From IMG/VR virus record IMGVR_UViG_3300021090_000021, positions 1-61,596 of that record: DNA of 61,596 nucleotides; one strand, 5' to 3'. The first letter of the stretch is position 1. Each line of letters starts with the position of its first letter. Below the pieces are notes generated by a model. The model worked only from the letters and a program-made list of their open reading frames with translations. It did no database searches and was not told the DNA's origin. This document shows, piece by piece, positions 29,034-38,625 of this stretch. This stretch comes from a virus. Its lineage: Duplodnaviria; Caudoviricetes. Position numbers and translations under genes: made by a program.

Positions 29034-30958
29034 TACACCGCCTCGCCACGCATTCGGCGCTTCCGAGCTGCCGGATTTGCCGGGACAACCGGCGCGACCA
29101 CACTCAATGTGATCAGATCCTCGATGTCGCCCTGCGATGGCACCAGCGGCGCTTCTCGCTCAGTCTCAAGCTTCGCCCAGATCGCGTCCGGCAGACCCCG
29201 AATTCCGAATTTGTTGGCCGCCGTCTCCGCCTGCAGCATGGTGTCGAGCGCCTCGTTGGCTTGCTGCGGGTCCTTGATCCAGCGATAGACCGTGAACCCG
29301 TGCCTTTTCTTCGGCGTGCGGCGCTCCGCGCTGAATTGCCGGAAATATTCGTCGTCGAGACCTTTCGGAAACGCGATGAAGCCCGACTGCATCGGATCTT
29401 CCTTGGCGGCGTCGCGATAGAGCGCCATTTTCATGACCGATGCGCCGAAATTGTAAAACCGCGTCGCATATTTCAGTAGCTTGCCGGTGCGCTCGTTGCG
29501 TTCCCGCTTCACACGAGCGAGCCGCGGGGCTGATTCCTCGCCGCGACCGCGGACCATGATCACTTTCGACTGCGGATGTCGCTTCGCCCACGCCCAAACG
29601 TCCTCGGTCCAGGCATTGCCGTCGATCGCGGTCATGTCGAGACCAATTCTTCGGCCAACCTCATTTGGCCAAGTCTGTCTGAGCAGCGCATCAAGCCGCT
29701 CCATGCAAATCTTGTCGGTGATGTGCCCCGGAATGACGCCGTATTCGACGACGTAGCGTCGAAATTCACGGCCGAACGCAACCACCTGCCATTCAACGCG
29801 GTCGCCCTGGCAGTCGATGCCAAGCGTTGTGACCAGTCCTCCGGTCGGCACAACACCGCGTGTGTAGTGCGACTGCGCCGCACGATCGCGCAATTTTTCC
29901 CACGGAGGTGCCTCGCCCTGCGTCTTGTAGGCACGGCCGGCAGTATCGTTGAGGAACGTCTGCTCGGCGGCGCTATCGCCCTTGGCCTTGAACCACTCGG
30001 CCGCGATCCGAACCCACGATTGCAGATACGAATACGCCGACCATATCCAAAACGAGCGATGCGTCCGCTTCGCACTCTCGTTGTGAGCGCGCCACTCCAG
30101 GCGGGCGAGCATCTGCTGGCGATGGTGCTCGCGGATCTCCGAGCCACAGGACACGCAGGTGAAGTGCGCGGCATCCGGATGAGCCGGATCGAGATTGGCC
30201 TGCATATTCTCCCATTCGAGCACCTGAAAATGATCGCAATGGGGACACGGAACGTAGGGCTGCTCCTGACTGCCCAGCTCGTAGCTCTTGGTGATGCGAC
30301 AGCCCGGCAGCACGAGCGGTGTGCCGAGCTTCAGGATCTTGGCGAACTCGTGTGCGCGCGAGCGATTGTCAGCCTGCGCCTCCGGATCACCGGCCGAATT
30401 CATCTCCCACTTCGAGAGGTCGTCCTGCGCCTGGCGGCGCATCGAGACCTGCGAGAGCGAGGCCGGCGAGTTGGCGCCTGAGACCAGGATCGCGCCAAGC
30501 CCGTCACGGTGCTCCTTCATCAGAATGGAATCGGAGCCGTCGCGTGATTTCTGCGGGAAGATGCGCGAGAGCGCCGTCGTCCCACTCAGCATCGGCGAGA
30601 GCTTGAGCCGCGACCAGCGGCGTGCATTGTCCTCAGTCGGGTGGATGTAGAGAAAATCGCACGGGTCCATCGCCATGGATCCGCCGGTGAACACGTTCGC
30701 GATCACCGTCTTGCCGATCTGCGCCGAGCCGATCAGGGTGACGGTGCGGCAGGGATCATCCGGCGACAGCGCCCGCAGGATTTCGTCGAAGTACGGAAAC
30801 AGCGTCCTATTGTAGGGACCGGGGAAAGGGCTTTCCCGGTCGGTGAAAACGATGTTGGCTTCCGCCCACGTCAGATAGTCGACCGGCGGCGACGGCTCGA
30901 GTGCGCGCGCCTGCGCTTCCATAGCCAGACGTTCGGCATTCGCGAGTTGGATGCACAC
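29030..30958 (-). CDS. Terminase large subunit, GpA family
   Basis: SAQIGKT Walker A, GANSPA.L, CPHC..Q.L.W, G.D.Q.DR, NEALD. Confidence 0.96.
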   Translation of the reverse strand: MCIQLANAERLAMEAQARALEPSPPVDYLTWAEANIVFTDRESPFPGPYNRTLFPYFDEILRALSPDDPCRTVTLIGSAQIGKTVIANVFTGGSMAMDPCDFLYIHPTEDNARRWSRLKLSPMLSGTTALSRIFPQKSRDGSDSILMKEHRDGLGAILVSGANSPASLSQVSMRRQAQDDLSKWEMNSAGDPEAQADNRSRAHEFAKILKLGTPLVLPGCRITKSYELGSQEQPYVPCPHCDHFQVLEWENMQANLDPAHPDAAHFTCVSCGSEIREHHRQQMLARLEWRAHNESAKRTHRSFWIWSAYSYLQSWVRIAAEWFKAKGDSAAEQTFLNDTAGRAYKTQGEAPPWEKLRDRAAQSHYTRGVVPTGGLVTTLGIDCQGDRVEWQVVAFGREFRRYVVEYGVIPGHITDKICMERLDALLRQTWPNEVGRRIGLDMTAIDGNAWTEDVWAWAKRHPQSKVIMVRGRGEESAPRLARVKRERNERTGKLLKYATRFYNFGASVMKMALYRDAAKEDPMQSGFIAFPKGLDDEYFRQFSAERRTPKKRHGFTVYRWIKDPQQANEALDTMLQAETAANKFGIRGLPDAIWAKLETEREAPLVPSQGDIEDLITLSVVAPVVPANPAARKRRMRGEAVY

Positions 30959-30961
30959 GGA

Positions 30962-31654
30962 TCAGGCCTCGGCGGGCTCGACCTGCGCACCAGGCTCTTC
31001 CTCTGGCGCGAGCTCGGTCTCGGTCATCTCCAGCAGCTCCGCCGCTGCCTGTTTGGCCGCATTTGCCCCACCGGCGCGCACCTCTCTGAACTTGGTACGC
31101 AAGATATGTAGCACGTCGCGCTGCTGGACCTTGAATTCGGCCGCGATGGCGGTCGCAAACTCGGGAAGAGCACCTTCGAACAGCGTCACCATTCGCGCAG
31201 CGATCTGCCCCATTTCGCGCTTAGCGGCGTCCGTTTGGGTCAGAAAACCCCTTCGCTGCGCCTCTTCCTGCGCCTTTTTCCGGTTGTCGAACTCAATTCC
31301 GCGAAGGCGTGCAAGCTTGATCTGCTCCTCGACGCGATCGTCCGCCGTTTGCGGGTTCGCAGACGGTGGTGCCGCCGCCTGCTGCTGGGCGCCGCCCGTA
31401 GGGGCCTGGCGGGCCCCAACGTCGAGCCGCGTGTCGATGCCGTTGCCAAGCCTTTGACTGATGTCGAGCGTGCGCTTGAGCTGCGCAGCGGCCTTGGCGA
31501 CGTCAATCTTCTGATCTCGCCCTTCGCCCACCAATGCATCGCCAGATATTTTCCGCGCACTAATCCACTGGGACACCCGCCCAGGAGTGACGTTCGCGAT
31601 GGCCGCGAATTCCCCCTTGCTCACCACCGCGGGCGCGGCCGACTGAGTTTCCAC
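30962..31654 (-). CDS. Terminase small subunit (Nu1-like wHTH)
   Basis: SKGEFA....VTPGRVSQW HTH; directly upstream of TerL. Confidence 0.85.
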   Translation of the reverse strand: METQSAAPAVVSKGEFAAIANVTPGRVSQWISARKISGDALVGEGRDQKIDVAKAAAQLKRTLDISQRLGNGIDTRLDVGARQAPTGGAQQQAAAPPSANPQTADDRVEEQIKLARLRGIEFDNRKKAQEEAQRRGFLTQTDAAKREMGQIAARMVTLFEGALPEFATAIAAEFKVQQRDVLHILRTKFREVRAGGANAAKQAAAELLEMTETELAPEEEPGAQVEPAEA

Positions 31655-31669
31655 GATTTCGACTCCCGC

Positions 31670-31782
31670 CTTTAGTCCTTTAGGCTTCCCCCTTTAGCCT
31701 CTTTAGGCTTTCAATTTGCTCTTTGACTGCTGATTGTACGGGGTCCGAATTACTCGTGTGGGCCCTGATGCCGGAAGGACCC
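31670..31782 (-). other. Putative cos packaging site
   Basis: Lambda cosQ heptamer GGGTCCT (- strand, 31776-31782); imperfect dyad 31738-31757; four CTTTAG repeats (31670, 31678, 31692, 31701) next to terS. Confidence 0.6.
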
Positions 31783-31811
31783 GCGAGAGACGAAGATATT
31801 TCTATTTTAGA

Positions 31812-32558
31812 TCAAGCCGCTCGTTTGACGCGGTTCGCCACGAACTTGGTGAAGCCATCACGCATGTGAAAGGCAAAGCGTGCGGCATACACCTGCCGGG
31901 CCTGCTCATAGAATGGGAACCGCTTATGATAGCGAGGCTGCCTCACGAATATCAGCACCGGTTTGACGTTACGCAGCCCCACACGCTGGTAGATACCATC
32001 CGGCAGTCGACCTTGCCCACGTGCCACGAAGTATGCAGCCGCACCGCGTCGCTTGTTCCTACGGGCTGAGCGTGCCGTTACGTTCTGAAGCGGATCGGGG
32101 CTGGCACTGAGTCTTGAAAGGATTCGGGTGATCTCGCCACCCTTCATGTTCCCGAAGCTATCGAGGTTGACGCCCTTTCCTGGCACACAGAACTCGTCGC
32201 CCCGCAATATATTGGCCCTCTCAAGGGCGCGCTCATGCGACTTCTTCTTGCGAGGCCCCCCTTCCACCTGAGGGCCGAGATAGCGCCACGCCGGCACCGA
32301 ACCAAATCCTTCCTTGAAGTGGACGACGGCTTCGAGTTCTTTTTTGGTGGCGGGCTTCACGAAAAGCGAATTGAGCGTGAATCGCGTCGGCCGATCGAAA
32401 ACCCCCTCCATCACCCTGATCTCGGCGGCCTTGATGTCCTGTGCGGTCTTGGTCAGCGCATAGGCGGTGAGGAATGGGATTTGGTCTTCACGGATCTGAC
32501 CCAAACTTCGCAGCACGTCCTTCAGGTCGGACCGGAAGTCGATCGTGATGCCCGCCAT
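31812..32558 (-). CDS. Basic phage morphogenesis protein (tail completion/gpZ-like)
   Basis: Q.PF..A.ALTKTA...FDRPTRFTLNS..V..A.K; YL..QV.GG.R..K. Confidence 0.7.
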   Translation of the reverse strand: MAGITIDFRSDLKDVLRSLGQIREDQIPFLTAYALTKTAQDIKAAEIRVMEGVFDRPTRFTLNSLFVKPATKKELEAVVHFKEGFGSVPAWRYLGPQVEGGPRKKKSHERALERANILRGDEFCVPGKGVNLDSFGNMKGGEITRILSRLSASPDPLQNVTARSARRNKRRGAAAYFVARGQGRLPDGIYQRVGLRNVKPVLIFVRQPRYHKRFPFYEQARQVYAARFAFHMRDGFTKFVANRVKRAA

Positions 32559-32581
32559 TCCTCTACCTTCCCACCTGCGAA

Positions 32582-32621
32582 AAAAGGGCCTCGGCGCAGT
32601 GTTTAAGTCCGAGGCCCTTTT
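32582..32621 (-). terminator. Rho-independent terminator in the late leader
   Basis: 13-bp inverted repeat aaaagggcctcgg/ccgaggccctttt with T-tracts. Confidence 0.7.
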
Positions 32622-32702
32622 GAGTTTAGGGAGGAAACGCCCAAGGAGGGCGGCGGTAACGCGAGGCGCTACCGCACACCCTATGAGCCCCAGAAAAGCA
32701 AT

Positions 32703-32733
32703 GAGCCCCGGTGCAGTGGTTGCACCGGGGCTC
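32703..32733 (-). terminator. Perfect 13-bp hairpin in the late leader
   Basis: gagccccggtgca-gtggt-tgcaccggggctc. Confidence 0.55.
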
Positions 32734-32835
32734 GCTCTGCCTGATATGCCATGGAGAAGCCCGAGATCATCGCATGATGGAACTCCGCGTTTGATCAGAG
32801 ACGGCCGACGATCAGCCCCGCCACCCTTTGATCTG

Positions 32836-32868
32836 AAAAGCAAAACCCCGGCCGCGAGAGCGCCGGGG
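32836..32868 (-). terminator. Terminator after the NusG-like gene
   Basis: ccccggc/gccgggg stem followed by TTTTGCTTTT on the - strand. Confidence 0.6.
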
Positions 32869-32899
32869 ATTACCATTGCACAGCACTTAGCGTGGTACC

Positions 32900-33607
32900 C
32901 TATCGGGTCGCTGGCAGCTGCTGTGCAGTCTGGATGACGCGGATGACACGGCCAACTGACTCTATGAATTGAATCGTTCTGTCCGATTCGTCAAGCCTGC
33001 CGATCATCCGGGTCTGGCCCGTCCACTTGCTTCTCGGGTCGGGATGATCCGCCAATGTGGCCACGGCCAACCGGTAAGCCCCCGTATTGCTTACGTTGTA
33101 GGTGTTGAACCGACCATAACCTTCGGCCAAGCGGAGCAGCTCGATCTCGTAGTCTGGCAGTGTTGCAACGTAATCGCCGAAATGGCAGATGCCACCCACG
33201 CCGTTGAGCTCGTAGAGATTGTCGAGGTCGTAGCCACCAAACAGTCGACGGATGAACAGATAGCTTCGCAGAACAGGCCTGGCCTCTTCACGCACCTCGT
33301 ATCGGCGCTTGTGTCGCGTCTTCGATGGTAATGTCCGCATCGGTGGCGTGGTGACGTGCTTGCCGACCGGGTAATAGCACTCGAAGCCCTCGCGCTCCAA
33401 CGAGGCCTTGGCGACGTGCTCGACGCGTGGCTGGCTGAAAGCGATGAGCCACGGATCCCAGTTGAGCTCGACGGTCTCTTGCCGCGTCTGCAATTCAGCA
33501 AAAGCATCGTATAGCGACTGCGGCGGCCGCTTGTCCTCGCCCCACTCCTTCCGGGCGAGCTTTAGCACATGCTTTTTCATCTTCGCGGTGATCCGCCTGG
33601 CTTGCAT
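32900..33607 (-). CDS. NusG/RfaH-like (NGN domain) late antiterminator
   Basis: W.IA..QP..E..A...L...G.E.Y.P and P.L.SYLF; occupies the Q-gene position. Confidence 0.8.
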   Translation of the reverse strand: MQARRITAKMKKHVLKLARKEWGEDKRPPQSLYDAFAELQTRQETVELNWDPWLIAFSQPRVEHVAKASLEREGFECYYPVGKHVTTPPMRTLPSKTRHKRRYEVREEARPVLRSYLFIRRLFGGYDLDNLYELNGVGGICHFGDYVATLPDYEIELLRLAEGYGRFNTYNVSNTGAYRLAVATLADHPDPRSKWTGQTRMIGRLDESDRTIQFIESVGRVIRVIQTAQQLPATR

Positions 33608-33628
33608 GATTGGGTCTCCTCCGGATGT

Positions 33629-34978
33629 TCATTTCAGCCCGCCCTGCTCGAGAAAACGGCGGTCGTCGTCGGTCATGAGCGTGGTTGACCCGTGCCGCTG
33701 CGGTGCCTTGGCGTGCTCGCCTTTTGGCGGCGGCCAATCGTCAGGAACCCGCAACCCGTTGACGCGTCGGCGCGCCTCGAAGGCCGATCCATCGAGTTTG
33801 GTATGCGTCACGTAGGCATCGAGCAAGATCAGGACCGTCTCGACTCGAACGCCCAGGCATTCGTTGACGCGATCGCGCCACGCCGCAATCTTGGCCTTGT
33901 CGGCATCAACATCGGCATCGAGCACCTTCCAGCGGTCTCGGTCGACGTTACCTTGGGCGTCGGCGAAGCGCGCGAGCACCAACCCGGCGTGCGGCAAAGA
34001 CCCGAGGAAATCCGCGCCCGCCTGCCCTTCTGCTCCTGGGCGCGCGAGCGGCATTGGGCGACCCACGATCGCTGAAAGCACAGCGCGCGCGCGCCATTCT
34101 TCCGATCCGAGCCCGACCCAGTTGCGCGGGGTCGGCGGCTTCGCGGCTGGAGCAAAGCGCGCGTATTCGGCCCAGAGCACCGAAGAGCGTAGGAACCGCT
34201 GCAAGCCCACGAGCGTTTTGGTTTTGGGATCGCGCGAGCGCACCGCCGCGGCACCACGTGCGCCCAGCATCGCCTGATATTCCTGCTCGGGCGTGAGCGG
34301 CAACCAGTCGGCGAAGGCCGCGTCGAAGTTCGAGCACACGGGAGCGATGGCGCTGGTCGAATAGACTTCGACCAGCTTTTGGAACCGCTCCTGCTTCCCG
34401 CAATCTGCGGCTGCCTCTTGCCTCGCTTGCCCCTTTGCTACGTCTGCGGCTTGGGAAGGGGTTTGGGGTTGGGACTCTTGGTTAGTAACAGGTTCATGCT
34501 GCCGCACCAGTGCGGTAGCGTCGACCGCAGATTGCGGCTGCGTTGTCTCCGAAACGCTACCGCAATCTGCGGCAGCGTCGGACGCGGACTCGCGCGACAG
34601 CGTCACGTCTTCATCACTTTCCACGCTACCGCAATCTGCGGCAGCGTCTTCCATGACGTCGCAGCCGGACGGCAGGTGCTGTCGGATGTCCTCCAGCGGG
34701 GCTTCGAACAGCGGCGATGGCGGCAAAATGATGAAGTCGTGCGTGCGCCGGCCGTAGCGCTTCAGCTTGATCCGGCGGGCGAGCCCACACTTGACCAGGT
34801 CGGCGACACGGCGCTGTACGGAATCGACCGACTGCTCGCTGTCGTTCGCGATCGTCTCCTGCTTCGGAAACGAGCACCACAGCTCGTTCGCATAGTTGGC
34901 GATCGACCACAGGACGGCCTTCGCGCTCGGCGAGCCCGAGCGTTGCTCGATCGCCCATGTCACGGCTTGAAACGACAT
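33629..34978 (-). CDS. Replication initiator (N-terminal wHTH, lambda O position)
   Basis: MSFQAVTWA...K.VL..IANYA...FP.QE.IA...E.S..SV.R; internal iterons. Confidence 0.85.
   Translation of the reverse strand: MSFQAVTWAIEQRSGSPSAKAVLWSIANYANELWCSFPKQETIANDSEQSVDSVQRRVADLVKCGLARRIKLKRYGRRTHDFIILPPSPLFEAPLEDIRQHLPSGCDVMEDAAADCGSVESDEDVTLSRESASDAAADCGSVSETTQPQSAVDATALVRQHEPVTNQESQPQTPSQAADVAKGQARQEAAADCGKQERFQKLVEVYSTSAIAPVCSNFDAAFADWLPLTPEQEYQAMLGARGAAAVRSRDPKTKTLVGLQRFLRSSVLWAEYARFAPAAKPPTPRNWVGLGSEEWRARAVLSAIVGRPMPLARPGAEGQAGADFLGSLPHAGLVLARFADAQGNVDRDRWKVLDADVDADKAKIAAWRDRVNECLGVRVETVLILLDAYVTHTKLDGSAFEARRRVNGLRVPDDWPPPKGEHAKAPQRHGSTTLMTDDDRRFLEQGGLK
34398..34648. repeat. Iterons / putative replication origin inside the initiator gene
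   Basis: 26-bp acgctaccgcaatctgcggcagcgtc at 34554 and 34623; core ccgcaatctgcgg at 34398 and inverted at 34525. Confidence 0.8.
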
Positions 34979-35039
34979 TGATAAATCGCGTCTAGCGTCT
35001 CTGGTTGTTGGCTTTTTCTTGGTTCACGCTACGCAACGG

Positions 35040-35403
35040 TCACACCGCGTCGATGCCGGCCGGCTCATCCAACGAGCCGGCGGCGTCGATCTGGTCGAGG
35101 TGAAGAGTGATGGCGTCCGATACGACGCCGGAGATGCTCTCGCCGTGCTGCGCACAGAACCGCGCGAGTGCGGCCGCTATAGGCGCCGGGATGACGACCG
35201 CGACCCCGCCCCCCCCCTATGGCGAGATCTGATCTACCGAATCTCGATAGAGATCCGCGTTCCGTCAGGCTCGCGACAAGACGCTGCGCGTTCGATCGAT
35301 TGCACCCGAGCTCGCTCGCGAGCGAAGCCAACGACGGCATGTGACCGTGCCGACCGATGAAGCTGATGACGGTATCGAGCGCGCGTTTCATGGCCTTCGT
35401 CAT
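35040..35403 (-). pseudogene. LexA-type HTH plus ribbon-helix-helix-like regulator, frameshifted at a G9 tract
   Basis: HTH (G.MPSL..LA..LG) then G9 at 35209-35217; G8 would restore VAVVIPAPIAAALARFCAQHGESISGVVSDAITLHL. Confidence 0.6.
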
Positions 35404-35792
35404 CGCTGCTGCCTCTCGCGCATTTGGTCCAGGGCGGAGTAGCCCGGCAAAGGATCATCGAAGAATTCGGACGTCAGGTCGTCGCGCGCAAGGCTCAGAT
35501 CGCGACGGCGATCGCGCTCGGCGAGCACATCCTCAGGCACGCGCGCCGGTGGGCCGGACCCGCCATAGGCATGGCCTCGCCCGTTGGCCTGCGTCGTCTT
35601 CTTGTAGTTGCGGTGATACTGGCGCTCGGCTTCACGCTGGGCCGGCGTCATTTTCAGACGGCATAGTTTCGCATAGGTCGCGCCCTCATTCAGACCGAGG
35701 CGAGCATCCACCTGGCGGCATTGCAGACCTGATTTGAGGAGCACCTTGGCGCTCGCCAGCAGATTGTCGGTCCATAAGGTTTTGCGGCCCAT
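35400..35792 (-). CDS. GcrA-like N-terminal HTH phage protein
   Basis: WTD.L....K.L..SG......RLG; C-terminal DPLPG.SAL. Confidence 0.5.
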   Translation of the reverse strand: MGRKTLWTDNLLASAKVLLKSGLQCRQVDARLGLNEGATYAKLCRLKMTPAQREAERQYHRNYKKTTQANGRGHAYGGSGPPARVPEDVLAERDRRRDLSLARDDLTSEFFDDPLPGYSALDQMRERQQR

Positions 35793-36103
35793 CAGGCGAC
35801 CTCCCTCTCCTCAAGCGCCTGCGCACGGACGGTGACGGCGAGCGGGCCGCATAGCTCGCCCGCACAGTCGAGCCACTCGGCGATCTGCTGAAGGGCTATT
35901 GCGCGTGCAATGCCGATACACGTCGCCGGCCGCAGCCGCATCGGCCCGCCATCTGTTGGGAGGTGACATTGGACGAAGAAGGCGACCTTCGTGCCGAAGT
36001 TATGGGGATTGATATGCGCCACGCGTAGGGTGCCGAGCATCACGTGCTCGCGCCCCGACGGAAGGCGATTGAAGGTGACGGGAGGAGACGTGATGGTGTT
36101 CAT
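35792..36103 (-). CDS. Hypothetical protein
   Basis: Overlapping start/stop on both sides. Confidence 0.5.
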   Translation of the reverse strand: MNTITSPPVTFNRLPSGREHVMLGTLRVAHINPHNFGTKVAFFVQCHLPTDGGPMRLRPATCIGIARAIALQQIAEWLDCAGELCGPLAVTVRAQALEEREVA

Positions 36104-38625
36104 GCCGCCTCTCCTTCGGCCGGCAGAAAATCGAACAAGGTCGGCACCGACGCCTGACGCTCGGCGTCCGCACAATAGTGCGCAGAATCGCGCCAATACT
36201 GTTCCGAAAGCTCGCTCGATTTCCCGCGGCGACCCTTCAGGATCGCCCGCACCGGAACGGTGCCGATGCCGCCGAACGGATCGTAGACCAGCTCGTCTCT
36301 ATTGGAGAACCGCTCGATGCAGCGATCGACGATGTCGAACTGCAGCGGGCAGATATGGAATTCAACGTTGCGGCGAAGCTGCTCGCCGTTGAGCGTGCGC
36401 ATCCGATTGATATTGTCCCACACCATCGGGTCGAATGACCCCGGCGCGAGCGCCATGAACGATGACGGCAACGCGTTGCGGACCTCGAGCGCCTCGCCGA
36501 TCGTGACGTGTCGGTCATAGTCGTACGGTTGGAACCGGCTCTGTTCGCGGAACAGCTTCGCGAGCTTGTCCGGTGGCAGCGCTGCAAGCTCCTCGGGCGT
36601 CAGCAGACGCTGTCCGCTCGAGCGCCAGAATGCATGCGCATCAATCTGCCAGCGCGCAAGCGAATAGTCCGACTTTTCGCGTCGCACCGGGAGGTCGGCG
36701 TAGCTCTTCGAGCGATCCGACTGAGGCTTGTGGAAAAGCAGCACGTATTCGGGTGATCCGACGCCGACCTTGGTGCCGTCCTTGCACATCTCGGTATATC
36801 CGAGCCTGTAGTTGCCGTTGTTCTCCCGCACGACATCGGTAACCACGGTGATGGCTCCGCAATAGTCGAAGCCGTGACGGCGGTAGTGGAAGATCGCCTC
36901 GGCATGGAACGGCGAGATCGTCGGCAGGCCTGCGCCAGTCATATTTCCGAACAGCACGCGGTCCTTGACGTGGATGCAGGCCAACCGACCGGGCCGCAGG
37001 ATCCGCAGCAGCTCGGGCGTGAGGAAATCCATCTGCGCCCAGAAATGGTCATTGTTGTCGGTGTGGCCGAAGTCTTCATAGTTCGTCGTATATTCGTAGT
37101 GATTGGCGAACGGCACTGAGGTGATGATCAGGTCGACCGACGCCTCGCCCGATCGCTTCGCCTCGTCGACAGCGTCATTGTTAACGACGCTGTAACGCTC
37201 GCCGCGAGCCTCCTTGCGTGGCACACCGATCTTTCGCTTGAGCGTGCCTGCAAGGTCGACGTGCCCCAGGCCGTACTTGCGGATGATCTCGCTCATACGC
37301 TTCGACTGCTCGTCGTGCGCTGCCCATTTGCGCTCGAGGTCGGCGCGGATCTCACGCTCGGCTTCGGTATAGATGAAGCGCGCCGTGCAGGCCTGCGTCT
37401 GCCCGAAGCGGAGGGTGCGATGCAGCGCCTGGATAATGTCGTGGAACTTGTAGTCGATGCCGACGAAGATCATCTCGTGGCAATGGCGCTGCCAATTCGG
37501 ACCGGCACCGCAGATTTCCGGCTTGGTCGACATCTCGCGGAACTTGCCGTCGGCGAAGTCAATGATGCGCCGCTCCCGCTCGTCGAGATCGAGCGTTCCG
37601 AACACAGCGAGTGAATTTGGGCGCGCCTGCTGGATCGCATGTCGCTCATCCTCGAGGTGGTGCCACAGGATCCGGTGCGTTGCTGGCTCGGCCTCGATCA
37701 ACTCCACCATCCGGGCTACTCGCGCCCCTATGGAGGCCCGTTTCTCTTCAGCCGCATCCTTGAGCCCGCGCGCCGAATCCTTGATCAGCACGCCCTGCCC
37801 ATCCCGCTCAGGCGCCGCCGTGGCGTGATCGCTCGGCACCTCGTGCCAGGTCACCTCCAACGGAGGCATCACGTAGCCATCGTCCGGATAGCCGAGATCC
37901 GACGGCCGCTGGATCATCACCGCCCACGACGACACCCACAGCCAGAATTCCTCTTCCTTGTGCGGGTATAGCGTGAGCTCGTTCGCCTGCGTAGAATCGC
38001 GCTGGAAGAAGCGCGTGAGGGCCTGGCCGGTGTCCATCACCTCGAGGAAACCGGCGTAGTGAATAAGCTCCTTGATGCGGTTGGGGTCCGGTGTCGCGGT
38101 CGCCGGCATCTTGAAGCGGATACCGGAAAACAGCGGCAGAAATTCCTGATAAGTCTTAGAGCCGTAGGAGCGCAGCACCGCCGCTTCGTCGAGCGTCACA
38201 CCGCCGAAAATTTTTGGATCGAGCTTTCCGTCTCGGATAGTTTCGTAGTTTGTCAGGTGATGGACGGCCGGATCGTCCTCGATCTCTCGTTCGGCGCGCA
38301 CGAACTTGAGCCGCACGCCCAGCCGGTCGAAGCCACGGTCGACCACCTCGCGGGTGAACTCCTGACGTACGCCTAGCGGCAGCACCGTACAGAACGGCAG
38401 ACGCGTGTGCCGACGGACCTGGCGGCCGTATTCGAGTTGCATTGCGGTCTTGTGCAGTCCGAACGACGCGAACACCGCGCGCCGGCCGCCCCGCAGCGCC
38501 CAGGCGACGATGTCGCGGCAGAAGGGCTTGAGATCCGGGCTCAGCTCTGCAGGATCGACTTCAAAGCCGGTCGCAGGCGCGAGCCTGATCTTATCCTCAA
38601 GGAAGGCCTTGTAACGATCGCTCAC
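36100..38625 (-). CDS. SNF2-like helicase fused to N4/N6 DNA methyltransferase
   Basis: FGLHKT, LDEA, TATP.PN, QA.HR..RFGQ; MTase ITSVPF, HICPLQ, DPFGGIG. Confidence 0.9.
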   Translation of the reverse strand: MSDRYKAFLEDKIRLAPATGFEVDPAELSPDLKPFCRDIVAWALRGGRRAVFASFGLHKTAMQLEYGRQVRRHTRLPFCTVLPLGVRQEFTREVVDRGFDRLGVRLKFVRAEREIEDDPAVHHLTNYETIRDGKLDPKIFGGVTLDEAAVLRSYGSKTYQEFLPLFSGIRFKMPATATPDPNRIKELIHYAGFLEVMDTGQALTRFFQRDSTQANELTLYPHKEEEFWLWVSSWAVMIQRPSDLGYPDDGYVMPPLEVTWHEVPSDHATAAPERDGQGVLIKDSARGLKDAAEEKRASIGARVARMVELIEAEPATHRILWHHLEDERHAIQQARPNSLAVFGTLDLDERERRIIDFADGKFREMSTKPEICGAGPNWQRHCHEMIFVGIDYKFHDIIQALHRTLRFGQTQACTARFIYTEAEREIRADLERKWAAHDEQSKRMSEIIRKYGLGHVDLAGTLKRKIGVPRKEARGERYSVVNNDAVDEAKRSGEASVDLIITSVPFANHYEYTTNYEDFGHTDNNDHFWAQMDFLTPELLRILRPGRLACIHVKDRVLFGNMTGAGLPTISPFHAEAIFHYRRHGFDYCGAITVVTDVVRENNGNYRLGYTEMCKDGTKVGVGSPEYVLLFHKPQSDRSKSYADLPVRREKSDYSLARWQIDAHAFWRSSGQRLLTPEELAALPPDKLAKLFREQSRFQPYDYDRHVTIGEALEVRNALPSSFMALAPGSFDPMVWDNINRMRTLNGEQLRRNVEFHICPLQFDIVDRCIERFSNRDELVYDPFGGIGTVPVRAILKGRRGKSSELSEQYWRDSAHYCADAERQASVPTLFDFLPAEGEAA

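Noticed and set aside
32559-32876. Coding extension of the 31812 ORF
   Set aside because: Region is occupied by terminator-like hairpins; the recognisable protein starts at 32558
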